Assembly: GCA_041390205.1 (NCBI GenBank)
Contig: JAWKQJ010000026.1
Location: 6,249 to 70,248, forward strand
Direction: 5' to 3'
DNA length: 64,000 bases
Origin: Gemmatimonadales bacterium
Lineage (GTDB): Bacteria; Gemmatimonadota; Gemmatimonadetes; Gemmatimonadales; GWC2-71-9
Part shown: positions 10,034 to 22,272 of the stretch, piece after piece
Layout of the letters: each line of letters opens with the position of its first letter
Position numbering within the stretch: position 1 is the first letter of the stretch
Notes under the pieces: model-generated
Databases searched by the model: none
Told to the model about the DNA's origin: nothing
Seen by the model: only the letters and a program-made list of their open reading frames with translations
Program-made: the position numbers and the translations under genes

Positions 10034-11617
10034 CTAACGTCCGTCGATCCGTGGCAGCAGCCGGTCCAGCTCGTCGCGGTCGAGGCCGAGGAGCTCGTGC
10101 CGGTCGATCAGCTCCAGATTGTCGATCGGATAGAGGTTCCCCCGCGCGGGGTCCGCCAGCCCGGCGAGGTTCCGCGGCTCGATCGTCTCCCGCACCCAGG
10201 CCTCGAACCCAGCCGCGGCCCCCTCCCGGTCGGCCCCTCGGGCCGCAGCCGCCCGCCGCACCCGGCGGAGCGACTCGGCCACCGCGCCGCGGAGCACCGC
10301 GTCGTCCGCGCCGAGAAAGCCGCTCCAGGCCGGATCGGCCGTCAGACCGAGACGCTGCCGGATCTCGGCCCACGACACCGCCGCGAAATAGAGCTGCGCC
10401 TGCGCCGCGAAGAGCCGGAACCGGCCGAGCGCCGAGTAGGCGCCGGCGATCAGCCGATCGATCTGGTCGGCCTCGGCGTTGAGCAGACGATCGTAGGCGC
10501 GGAGTCTCGCGCCCGAGGGGTGGGAACGCGGACCCTCCTCGAACAGTCCCGCCAGACGCTCGACCCCGATCAGCGACCAGGCGATTCCGGTGGAGAAGAG
10601 CGGATCGACGAAGGCGAAGGTGTGGGGCAGCACCGCCCAGTGCTGGCCGGTGGCTCGGGTGAGCCGGTGTTGCACCCGCGGGCGGTACTCGACGGGTCGG
10701 ACGGCCTTGGCGTCGCCGAACTGGAGCGCGAGGCTCGGGAGCCGGAGCAGCAGACTGGCCCAGGCCGTCTCCGGATCGCGGGCCGCGAGCGCCGACACGG
10801 CCCGATGCCGCGGCACCGGCGCGAGCAGCGCGCCCGCGCTCGTCAGTCCGTCGTCGAAGCGGAGCGAGTAGCACCAGCCACCCGCGAAGAGGTGGTGCAC
10901 GGCGGCCCACTCGTCCGGATAGGGGCCTGGGACGAACGGCGCGTCCACCACGTGGGCCAGCTCGCGCACCCCGCGGAAATGTCCGAAGAGGAGCGCCGAG
11001 CGGGTGCGGAGCCGGCGGAGCGCCGACGGAATCGGGATCTCCCGGGCCAGGAATCCGGCCGGACCGGAGGCGTCGACGACGAAGCGCGCCCGAATCTCGA
11101 GCGCCTCGCCGTCGCGGGCCCCGACGAGGCGGACGCCGTCGGGCTCGCTCCGAGCCTCGCGGAGGGTGACCCGGTCCCGGTAGTCGGCGCCGGCGGCGAC
11201 GGCCTGGCGGACGAAATGATGATCGACGTCCGCGCGGAGCCAATGGGTGTCGGCCACGCTGGCGCGGGGGTTTGCCGCCACCAGCATCCGGCTCGCCGGG
11301 GACGGCCGATAGGGCTGGTCCAGCTCGTGGTGATAGAAGGTGAATCCGCGCTTCAGCCCGCAGCGGAGCTCCGGATGGCACCGCTTCCAGCGGCCGTGGG
11401 TGGCCAGCTGGTGCAGGTCCTCGAAGCCGTAGCGGCTGGCCAGGCGCTCGAGCGCCAGGTTGGCAAGCGGCGTGCTCGACTCGCCCAGCGCGAAGCGCGG
11501 ATGGGATCCCTTCTCGAGCAGCACGACGTCGACGCCCCTGGCCGCGAGGATCCGCGCGAGCAGCGAGCCCGCGAACCCCGCGCCCACGATCGCGACCTGG
11601 CGACGCTCAGCCGCCAT
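10034..11617 (-). CDS. FAD-dependent halogenase, PrnC/tetracycline-halogenase-like
   Basis: GAGFAG, HPRFALGESS, GLKRGF (catalytic Lys position), HHLFAGGWCYSLRF, FVDPLFSTG; ATG at 11617. Confidence 0.8.
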   Translation of the reverse strand: MAAERRQVAIVGAGFAGSLLARILAARGVDVVLLEKGSHPRFALGESSTPLANLALERLASRYGFEDLHQLATHGRWKRCHPELRCGLKRGFTFYHHELDQPYRPSPASRMLVAANPRASVADTHWLRADVDHHFVRQAVAAGADYRDRVTLREARSEPDGVRLVGARDGEALEIRARFVVDASGPAGFLAREIPIPSALRRLRTRSALLFGHFRGVRELAHVVDAPFVPGPYPDEWAAVHHLFAGGWCYSLRFDDGLTSAGALLAPVPRHRAVSALAARDPETAWASLLLRLPSLALQFGDAKAVRPVEYRPRVQHRLTRATGQHWAVLPHTFAFVDPLFSTGIAWSLIGVERLAGLFEEGPRSHPSGARLRAYDRLLNAEADQIDRLIAGAYSALGRFRLFAAQAQLYFAAVSWAEIRQRLGLTADPAWSGFLGADDAVLRGAVAESLRRVRRAAAARGADREGAAAGFEAWVRETIEPRNLAGLADPARGNLYPIDNLELIDRHELLGLDRDELDRLLPRIDGR

Positions 11618-12579
11618 CGGTGCCGCAGCGGGGGCAGAAGATCCGCGGCGCCCGCACTCCGCCCAGGTTCCAGACCCGCAGCCGCTCGACCGCGCGGGGC
11701 CGCACTCGGGACAGGTCGCGATCCGATCGGCGTCCCAGAGATCCGCGGTGACCACGGCGTGCTCGCCAGCGGGCGCGGCGTCGATCACGACCTCGAGCTC
11801 GGTCAGGTGGGCGGTCGCCAGGCGCCCTCCGCGCGGAGGCGATCCAGCTCCCCGTTGCCGTCGCGCACCGGAATCACCGAGACCACCGCCGCGCCGGCGG
11901 CCACCGCATGCTCGACCGAGCGAATGGTCCACTCGACGGATTCGGCCTCCGGGATCCCAGGCACGCCGAGCAGCACGAACGCGCGCAGATCGAGATCCGC
12001 GGCGCGGAGCGTCGCCGCGGCGCGGTCGAAGTCGTCCAGCGTCATCCGCTTGTTGAGCCCGGCCAGCGCGGCGGGATGAACGGTCTCCAACCCCACCGCC
12101 ACCTCGAGCTGCCCCGCGAGCCGGTCGGCGAAGCGGCGGCAGGCCGGCCCGACCAACCGCGCGTGGGTCTCGACGGTGACGGCGGCGCCGCCCGCCAGCT
12201 CGGCGAGCCAGGCGTGATCCTCCGGCGGCACCGCGCGGCGGTCGAAGAAGTTGCTGGCGTTGTAGAGCTTGATCCGATCGGGCAGCGGCCCGGTGTGCCG
12301 GCGCTCCTCCAGCGCGAGGTCGAGCTGGCCGGGCAACGCGCCGGGCGGCGTCGGCCCGTCGAGCGTCTGCCGCCAGAGATCGCAGAAGCTGCAGGTGAAC
12401 GGGCACTCGGCCCCGGCCAGGAAGACCGTGAGCGCGCGCTCGATCCTGCCGCCGGGCCGGCGCTCGGGCTCGAGCTGGCTCCCCAACGGCCGGCGGGCGC
12501 CGATCGCCACCTTGGCCGGACGGAGCGCTCGAATCCGGCGATCGGCCTCGGCCGGGCCGGGGCCGACGGCGGCTTTCAT
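11607..12579 (-). CDS. Radical SAM protein, RaSEA/TIGR01210-like; two single-base frameshifts (~11806, ~11691), probably sequencing errors
   Basis: CPFTCSFC, IKLYNASNFFD, LEVAVGLET, LNKR; adding one base at each site restores ...PPTLTELE...CPEC...RVERLRVWNL...CPRC stop. Confidence 0.85.
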
Positions 12580-12587
12580 CGGGTCCT

Positions 12588-13913
12588 TCAGGCCCCGGCG
12601 AAGAGCGACTGGAAGTGCCGGCGGTAGCGGGGCTCGTCCTGGAACAGCCGCGCCGCGCGATCCGGCGCGGTGGAGCCGTCCTGGAACCGGCGCTTGGGAA
12701 AGACCGGCATCTCGAGACCGAGCACCGCGCGAACCCCGGCCGCCACGATCTCGCCCTTCAACGCGTAGAGCCGGGCCGTGCTGCCCTCGGTCATCGCCTT
12801 GAACGGGATCGCCTCGGCCACCGCGATCACCGCCGGTCGGGTGTAGGGACTGAAGCCCTCGAAGCCAAGCCGCCGGGCGCAGGCATAGGTCCGAACGCAG
12901 CCCCGGCTCAGCCCGCCGCTGTAGACCGCGGAGTGCTTGAGCGACTCGACGCCCCACCCTTCCTGGTAGAGCATCCGGTTGTTGACCACGCTCCGGATGG
13001 TGAGCTCGGCGTTCTCCTCGATCGGATAGTCCTTCAGGTTCTCGTCGCCGCCGTCGCCGTCGACCAGCAAGCGCCAGGTCGGGTAGCGGCGCCGGAGCTC
13101 GGTCAACAAGGCGAGGTTGGCCGCGGCGCAATCGACGTCGAGTGGTTTGTAGTCTTCGATCACCGCGATCGCGGCGAGCGGGTCGACCCGATCGGCCGGC
13201 ACCTCGATCGCCTCGCCGAGGAGCTCGAGACCGGTCTCCCGGAGGAAGCGGACCGCCTGATCGGCGTCCGCGCCGGCGCCGTCGACGGAGAGGGTGAACG
13301 CCTTGAGGCGTGCCGGGCTCTCCCCGCGATCGAGCAGCGCGCGATAGAGCGCGAGGAGCACCGCGCCGCTGTCGATCCCGCCGGAGAACGGCACCCCGAT
13401 CGGCGCCGCGCGATCCTGACGCTCGAGCCAGCGGACGATCTCGTGATAGAGCGCCGAGACGTAGCGCTCGCCGATGGTCGCCGGATCCGGCGGCAGCGTC
13501 TCGCGGGGCGGATCGAAGAACCGGCGATGGACCGGGCTCGGATCAGGACAGCCGACCAGACGGAGCGTGGTGACGTGATGCGCGGGGACCATGCGCGAGT
13601 AGCTGGGGTGGAACTGCGCGCCCCACCTCCGTCGCCCGAGCTCGGCCTGGAGCTCGTCGATCCGCTCGGCCACGATCAGCGCGGGGCCGGCGGCGTCCTT
13701 GGCGAGGAAATAGCGGAGCGGCCGATCGAGGCTCCGGGCGAGACAGACCCGATCGCCGTCCCGGGCCCAGAGCGCGAAGGAGCCGTCGATGCCGAGCACC
13801 CCGGTTGGATCGGCGTCGAGCAGGCGGCGCCTCGCCTCGTCGGGCGAGAGGTTCCAGATCCGCTGCGTGGCCGGGTCCACCAGATCGATGACCTGGGCGA
13901 TGGGATGCTGCAT
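12588..13913 (-). CDS. Asparagine-synthetase-like ATP-dependent amide ligase lacking the Cys1 glutaminase N-terminus
   Basis: PP-loop SGGIDS, GDGGDE, LK..V....G and KRRFQ motifs; partial GATase remnant GSFALW..LARS..PLRY; no N-terminal Cys. Confidence 0.85.
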   Translation of the reverse strand: MQHPIAQVIDLVDPATQRIWNLSPDEARRRLLDADPTGVLGIDGSFALWARDGDRVCLARSLDRPLRYFLAKDAAGPALIVAERIDELQAELGRRRWGAQFHPSYSRMVPAHHVTTLRLVGCPDPSPVHRRFFDPPRETLPPDPATIGERYVSALYHEIVRWLERQDRAAPIGVPFSGGIDSGAVLLALYRALLDRGESPARLKAFTLSVDGAGADADQAVRFLRETGLELLGEAIEVPADRVDPLAAIAVIEDYKPLDVDCAAANLALLTELRRRYPTWRLLVDGDGGDENLKDYPIEENAELTIRSVVNNRMLYQEGWGVESLKHSAVYSGGLSRGCVRTYACARRLGFEGFSPYTRPAVIAVAEAIPFKAMTEGSTARLYALKGEIVAAGVRAVLGLEMPVFPKRRFQDGSTAPDRAARLFQDEPRYRRHFQSLFAGA

Positions 13914-14078
13914 CACACGCTCCGAGCGCCTGGGATGAGAGGGCGGCGAGCGCCGTCCTGTCCCGAAATATAGAGACACCGCATCCGTCGCCCATGGCGG
14001 GGCCGGCGCGGCGGTCTAGATTCCGGAGCCGCCCGATTCGGGCCGGCGCCTCCTCACCACGACTCGACCGGAGCCCCG

Positions 14079-15077
14079 ATGCGCATCATCCGTCGGTTCG
14101 TCCTCGCCTGCGCGGGCCTGCTCGCCGCCTCCTGCAAGGCCCCGCCGGCCGAAACGCCGGCGTGGGTGGACCCGTCGCCGCATTCCGTGGGCGAGGTGGC
14201 CACCAACGGCACCCGACTCAACTACCTCGACTGGGGCGGCAGCGGCCCCGCGCTGGTCCTGATCCACGGCCTGGGCGATTCGCCTCACGTGTGGGACGAC
14301 CTGGCGCCGAGGTTGACCGGCAGCTTCCGGGTGCTGGCCTACGCGCGGCGAGGGCACGCGCACTCGGGGATGGAGGGCCCCTACGACAACGGCACCCTGA
14401 CCGACGACCTCCGCGGCCTGCTCGACAGCCTGCGGGTCGACCGGGTGAACCTGCTGGGCTGGTCGATGGGCGGCAACGAGATCACCGAGTTCGCGATCCG
14501 CTATCCCGAGCGGACCATCGCGCTGGTCTATCTCGACGCCGCCTACGACTGGGCGGACCCCAGGCTTGGCGCGGCCTTCGAGGCGACACCGGTGTCGCTC
14601 ACGCCCGGCCCCGCCGATCTCGCCTCGCTCGAGGTGCTCAGAGCCTGGTTCCAGAACACCTGGCTCGCCGACGTGCCCTGGCCCGACGCCTGGGAGGCGC
14701 ACCTCCGCGACCTGGTGGAGGTCCAGCCCGACGGCTCGGTGCGGTACCGCCAGTCGGACGCGATCAACGGCGCGATGTTCGAGAGCCTGATGGGCTACGC
14801 CAAGGATTACACCAGGATCCAGGCCCCGGCGCTCGGTCTCTTCGCTCCGATCTTCTTCCCGCCCGGCGCCGACTCCGCCCGCGCCACGGCGCTCGCGCAA
14901 TGGGAGACCGCGATGTTCGAGCCCTACCGCCAGGCCAGCGTCGAGCGCTTCCGGACCGAGGTGGCCGTGAGTCAGGACACCCTGCTCCCGAACACCAATC
15001 ACGCCTCGATCGGGGTGGCGGATCTGCCGGGCGTGGCGACGCTGATCCGGGGCTTCCTGACCGTACATCAGCGTTAG
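14079..15077 (+). CDS. Alpha/beta-fold hydrolase, lipoprotein
   Basis: HGLG oxyanion motif, GWSMGG nucleophile, LLAASC lipobox-like. Confidence 0.85.
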   Translation: MRIIRRFVLACAGLLAASCKAPPAETPAWVDPSPHSVGEVATNGTRLNYLDWGGSGPALVLIHGLGDSPHVWDDLAPRLTGSFRVLAYARRGHAHSGMEGPYDNGTLTDDLRGLLDSLRVDRVNLLGWSMGGNEITEFAIRYPERTIALVYLDAAYDWADPRLGAAFEATPVSLTPGPADLASLEVLRAWFQNTWLADVPWPDAWEAHLRDLVEVQPDGSVRYRQSDAINGAMFESLMGYAKDYTRIQAPALGLFAPIFFPPGADSARATALAQWETAMFEPYRQASVERFRTEVAVSQDTLLPNTNHASIGVADLPGVATLIRGFLTVHQR

Positions 15078-15179
15078 GCAGGCCCCGGCGGGGCGCCATG
15101 GCGCCCGGACCCGATGGGACGCAGATTGAAAGCCTCGGGCGGGCGCGCCGGCCGGCCCGAGCAACCCCAAGGAGTCGTC

Positions 15180-15641
15180 ATGTCGCGCCGCGCTCGGATC
15201 CTGTCGACCGCCGCCTTCGCCGTGCTCGCGGTGGGCACCGCCCGGGCCCAGGCGGTTCCCAATCTCTCGGGCACCTGGAAGCTCGACCCGGCCAGGAGCG
15301 CCTTCGGTCCGGCGCCAGCGCAGCAGCGCACCGAGGCGATCGACCACCAGGGGACCAAGCTGGTCATCGAGCGCACCATCGACGGCACCGTCGGGACGCT
15401 GACTTACGCGGTGGACGGCAAGCCGCATCAGAACAGCTTCGGCGGCGGAATGTCGACCAGCACGCTCGCCTGGGACGGTCCGGTTCTCGTGATGACCAGC
15501 GAGGTGCAGTCGCCCCAGGGGCTCGTCAAGATCGTGGACCGGTTCTCGCTCTCCGAGGACGGCAAGCACCTGACCATCGCTCGGGCGGTCGACTACCCGA
15601 ATCAGCCGTTCGACCAGACGCTGGTGTTCGCCAAGCAATGA
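15180..15641 (+). CDS. Secreted hypothetical protein (lipocalin-like beta protein)
   Basis: AAGGAG RBS, signal peptide, PNLSGTWKLD...S motif. Confidence 0.75.
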   Translation: MSRRARILSTAAFAVLAVGTARAQAVPNLSGTWKLDPARSAFGPAPAQQRTEAIDHQGTKLVIERTIDGTVGTLTYAVDGKPHQNSFGGGMSTSTLAWDGPVLVMTSEVQSPQGLVKIVDRFSLSEDGKHLTIARAVDYPNQPFDQTLVFAKQ

Positions 15642-16888
15642 TGGCGCTCCCCGCACTCCGGGCCGGCTCGTCGCGCTCGCGGCTGCCTGAGCCTCGCCAC
15701 GCTTCTCGGCTGCGGGGCGACGCCTCCGCCCCCGAGCGACCGGAGCCGACCAGCGGAATCCTCGTCGACTCGTCCCACAGCGTGGGCCTCCTCGCCCGCG
15801 AGCCGATGCTGGCGTTGCACCCGAGCGGCGCCCGGTTCGTGAGCGGCTACGGCGACCCGGGCCCCAAGCTCTTTCCGGAGCGACGACCAGGCGCCAGCTG
15901 GTCGCAGGTGCAGGTCGGGACCGAGGCCGACGGCGCGGTGGCCAACTCCGACGTCGACCTCGCGGTCGGTCCGGACGGGCACCCTCTACTTCATGAGCAT
16001 GGCTTCGACCGGACCACGTTCGAAGGCACCGTCGATGGGCGTGAGCCACGACGTGGGCGCGACCTGGGCCTGGACCTGGCTCTCCGACGATCGCTTCGAC
16101 GATCGGCCCTGGGTCGAGGTGACGCCGGACGGCACCGCGCACGCGATCTGGAACGACGGCGCCGGGGTCAGCCACGCGGTGAGTCGGGACGGCGGGCGAA
16201 CTTGGCGGGAAGGCCCCTCGGATCCACGACTCGGCGGCTCGAGCCACCTCGCGGTGGGTCCCGCCAACGAGGTCGCCGTTCGGATCGTTCCGCTCTCGGC
16301 CTCGGGCAACAAGATCGATCGCGGCACCGACCTGGATCGCGGTGAGCGCCGATGGCGGCGCTACCTGGACCAAGCACGCCCCACCCGGCGACCGGGCCTG
16401 GGGCTTCCCGCTCGGCAACCCTGCCGATCTGCCGCGCTGGGTGGAGCCGATCGCGTTCGACGAACAGGGCGCGCTCTACTACCTCTGAGCGAGGAGACCG
16501 CGATGCGCCTCGCCCGCTCGACGGATCGGGGCGCCACCTGGACCACCTGGACCATCGCGAGCGGTTCCGAGCGCTGCTACTTCCCCTACCTCATCGCACG
16601 AGGCGACGGGGAGCTGGTGGCCTCCTGGGTCCGGGCGCGCTGGCGACAGGCTGGCGAGCGTGGCCGGCGCGGCTGGCGCTGGCGGAGCCTGATGCTCATC
16701 CTGCGCCCATCCGGCCCGACAGCTGGGCACCCTGGCAGAAGACCCTGGACCCGCAGACCCGCGACGCGGCTGGCGAGTACCTGGCGATCGCGTTCGACGG
16801 CGAGGACGGCGTCGCGATGGTCTCCCCGATCCAGAACGCCCAGGCCGACCGCTTCGGCTTCTCCTTCTGGCGGCTCGCGTTGCGCTGA
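15638..16888 (+). pseudogene. Sialidase/BNR-repeat protein with multiple frameshifts (likely sequencing errors)
   Basis: Asp-box motifs SHDVGATW, SRDGGRTW and STDRGATW spread over different frames. Confidence 0.65.
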
Positions 16889-16954
16889 TCGGCGTCTTGG
16901 ACCGATCGCCGGCAGCCGGTATCTTCGCACCATCCCGGGTTCGGAGAATCGCCG

Positions 16955-19153
<2,199 letters not shown>

Positions 19154-19180
19154 GCCTCCGGCCCCCATTTCCGTCCGGCG

Positions 19181-19234
19181 TTGCGGCGCCGGGCCCTAGG
19201 ACATAGGTTGCCTATGGCCCTAGACTATCTACTG
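19181..19234 (+). promoter_or_regulatory. Putative promoter (TTGCGG-17bp-TAGGTT) with palindromic PadR-type operator sites
   Basis: CATAGG-TTG-CCTATG inverted repeat at 19202-19216 and CTAGACTATCTAC at 19220-19232, in an AT-richer patch just upstream of padR. Confidence 0.55.
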
Positions 19235-19238
19235 CCCT

Positions 19239-19580
19239 ATGACGCCCCTGGCCCGACGCGAGCTGCTCCCCGGCGTGCTCGACATGCTGATCCTCCAGAC
19301 CCTGACCGGCGGCCCGATGCACGGCTACGGCATCGCCCGCCAGATCGAGCAGCTCTCCCGCGAGGTGCTCCGGATCGAAGAGGGCTCGCTCTATCCGGCG
19401 CTGCAGCGGATGCGGCAGAAGCGCTGGGTCAGCGCCTCGTGGGGCCAGACGCCCAACAACCAGCGCGCCCGCTACTACACCCTGACCGATCTCGGCCGCC
19501 GGCAGCTGGCGGCGGAGGCTTCCCGGTTCGAAGAGCTCTGGTCGGCGATCGGGCGGGTGATGAAACCCGCGAAAGGCTGA
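19239..19580 (+). CDS. PadR family transcriptional regulator (acidobacterial type)
   Basis: LDMLIL, HGYGI, EGSLYPAL, RARYY.LT..GR. Confidence 0.93.
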   Translation: MTPLARRELLPGVLDMLILQTLTGGPMHGYGIARQIEQLSREVLRIEEGSLYPALQRMRQKRWVSASWGQTPNNQRARYYTLTDLGRRQLAAEASRFEELWSAIGRVMKPAKG

Positions 19581-19586
19581 GCGCCC

Positions 19587-22260
19587 GTGCTGCGCGAATG
19601 GTGGGCCCGCCTCCGCGACTGGCTCCGGCGTGACCAGCTCGAGGTCGAGCTCGCCGAGGAGCTCGAGTTCCATCGCCGGCAGCTCGCCGCCGCGGCGAGC
19701 GACGCGGGACACGACGGAGAAGAGTCCCGCCGCCACGCGGCCGGGCGGCTCGGCAACCTGACTCGGATCAGAGACGACGCCCGCGCGCGGTGGTCGTGGC
19801 CCTGGCTCGACCACACCCTTCGCGACCTGCGCCACGCGCTCCGGAGTCTCCGCCGGTCGCCCGGCTTCACCGCGGCCGCCGTGCTCACCCTGGCGCTCGG
19901 GATCGGCGCCAACGCCGCGATGTTCGGCATCGTCGACCGGCTGATGCTGCGGCCGTTTCCGATGCTCCGGAACGCCGAGCGGGTCCATCGGGTCTACTTC
20001 CAGTACCGGAGCCGCGACACCGAGCGCACCAACACCTGGACCGAGTACACCCGGTACCTCGACCTCCAACGCTGGACCGGCTCCTTCGAGCGGTTCGCCG
20101 CCTTCTTTCCGACCGACCGCGCGGTCGGTCAGGGCGAGGCGGCGGTGGAGCGCCCGGTCGCCACGGTGAGCGCGAGCTACTTCGACTTCTTCGACGCGCC
20201 GCCCGCGCTCGGCCGCTATTTCACCGCCCAGGAGGACAGCATCCCGGTGGGCGCCGACGTGGTGGTCCTGAGCTACCCGTTCTGGCAGGCCGAATTCGGG
20301 GGCCGGAACGTGCTCGGCCAGACCCTGCTGGTGGGCACGATCCGGAGCACGATCATCGGGGTGACGCCGCCGGGCTTCGTCGGGGCAACGGAAGGGGCCG
20401 CTCCGGCGCTCTACTTCCCGATCACCACCTTCGGGGCGTCGATCAACCCGGACACCTACTTCCGCGACTACGAGTGGGGCTGGATGCAGATCATGGTCGC
20501 GCGCAAGCCGGGCGTCTCGCTCGAGGCCGCGTCGGCCGATCTGACCCAGGCCTTTCATCGGAGCTGGAACGCCGAGCGCGAGCTCGCCCCCGACCTGCCG
20601 GCGCTCGAGCTGGCGCAACCGCGGGCCCTGGCTGGGTCGATGAAGACGGCGGCGGGCCCGGCTCCCGAGCTCGAGGCGCAGACCCTCGTCTGGGTCCTCG
20701 GCGTGGCGGCGATCGTGCTGCTGATCGCCTGCGCCAACGTGGCCAACCTGCTGCTGGTCCGGGCGCTCCGGCGCCGGCGCGAGATCGCCCTCCGCCGCGC
20801 GCTCGGCGTGAGCCGGGCGCGGCTCGCGGCGCAGGCGCTCACCGAGAGTCTCTTGCTCGCGGGTTTCGGCTGCGGCGTGGGGCTGCTCCTGGCGCAATGG
20901 GGAATCTCGCTGCTCGGCCGCGAGGTGCTGGGCGCCGGCGCGGACCTCTCGCTCGGGACCGACTGGCGGACGATCGGGACGGCGGTCGTCGTCTCCCTCG
21001 TGGCCGCGGGCCTGACCGGTCTGGTGCCGGTGCTCTTCGGCGGGCGCGCCGACCTGGCCACGACCCTCAAGGCCGGCGCGCGCGAGGGCACCTATCAACG
21101 GTCGCGGGCGCGGTCGGCGTTGCTGGTGACCCAGGCGGCGCTCTCGGTGGTGCTGCTGGTGGGCGCCGGGCTCTTCGTCTCGAGCCTGACTCGGGTGCGC
21201 GACCTCCGCCTCGGCTACGACGCCGACCGGATCCTGGTGGCGACCGCAATCTGCGAGGGAACCCGACTCGAGCCCGCCGAGCTGGTGAGTCTCGGCGAGC
21301 GGCTGCTCGAGACGGCGGAGCGGGTTGCCCGGCGTCGAGGCGGCGACGCTCGCGAGCAGCGTCCCGTTCTGGAGCACCTCCAACTGCGCTCTTCGTGCCC
21401 GGGATCGACTCGGTCAGCTCCGGACGCTTCACCACCAGCTGGCCAGCGCCGACTATTTCGAGGCGACAGGCACCCGGATCCTCCGCGGCCGCCCCTTCGC
21501 GCCGGCCGATCACGACGGCGCGCCCGGCGTGGCGGTGGTGAGCGATGGCCTCGGTGCTCTGGCCCGGCGACGACGCGCTGGGCAAGTGCCTCCGCGTCGG
21601 GGCGGACACGGTGCCCTGCCACCGTGATCGGGATCGCGGAGGGCCGTCCAGAACAGTCTGACAGCAGCCGACCCGAAGCTCCGCTACTACGTCCCCCTCT
21701 CCCAGTTTCGTCCGACGCGCGGAGAGTTCATCCTGGTCCGCACGACGGGGTCGACCCGAGGATCTGGCGGATCAGGTGCGCTAGCCGCGCGCTGCAGCCC
21801 TTGATGCCCGGCAACGGCTGCGTCCATCTCACCGATGCGGGACTGATCAGCCACCAGCGGCGCTCCTGGCGAGTCGGAGCCGACGATGTTCGTCGGCCTC
21901 GGGTTCCTGGCGCTCCTGGTGGCGAGCATCGGGCTCTACGGCGCGATCGCCTTCACGGTGGCGCAGCGGCGTCACGAGCTGGCGGTGCGGGTGGCGATGG
22001 GCGCGCGTCCGCCGCATCTCCTCCGGCTGGTGCTGTTCCAGGGTCTGGGCTACGGGGTGGCCGGGGTGGCGATCGGAAGCGTCCTGGCGCTGCTCGCGGC
22101 CCGCTGGATCGAGCCCCTGCTCTTTCAGCAGTCGGCCACGGACGCGAGGGTGTTCGTCACGGTGGCGGCGGTGCTGCTCGGGGTGACGGTGGCGGCCAGC
22201 TCGTTCCCCGCCCGACGCGCGTCGCGCTCCGATCCGAACAGCGTGCTCCGCGCCGAGTGA
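19587..22260 (+). CDS. ADOP/MacB-like duplicated ABC permease; frameshifted between ~21.3 and 21.9 kb
   Basis: LALGIGANAAMF, LLIACANVANLLL, and C-terminal GLYG...QRRHELAVRVAMGA...LRAE in another frame. Confidence 0.85.
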
Positions 22261-22272
22261 GCGGGGCCGCGA

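Noticed and set aside
10034..12406. 790-aa ORF suggesting a radical SAM-halogenase fusion
   Set aside because: Artefact of two indels in the radical-SAM tail; the halogenase has its own ATG at 11617 just before the Rossmann motif.
12588..14078. Lasso-peptide or other RiPP cluster (AsnB-like cyclase plus radical SAM)
   Set aside because: No transglutaminase-like B protease, RRE/PqqD domain, SPASM domain or plausible precursor ORF is visible nearby.
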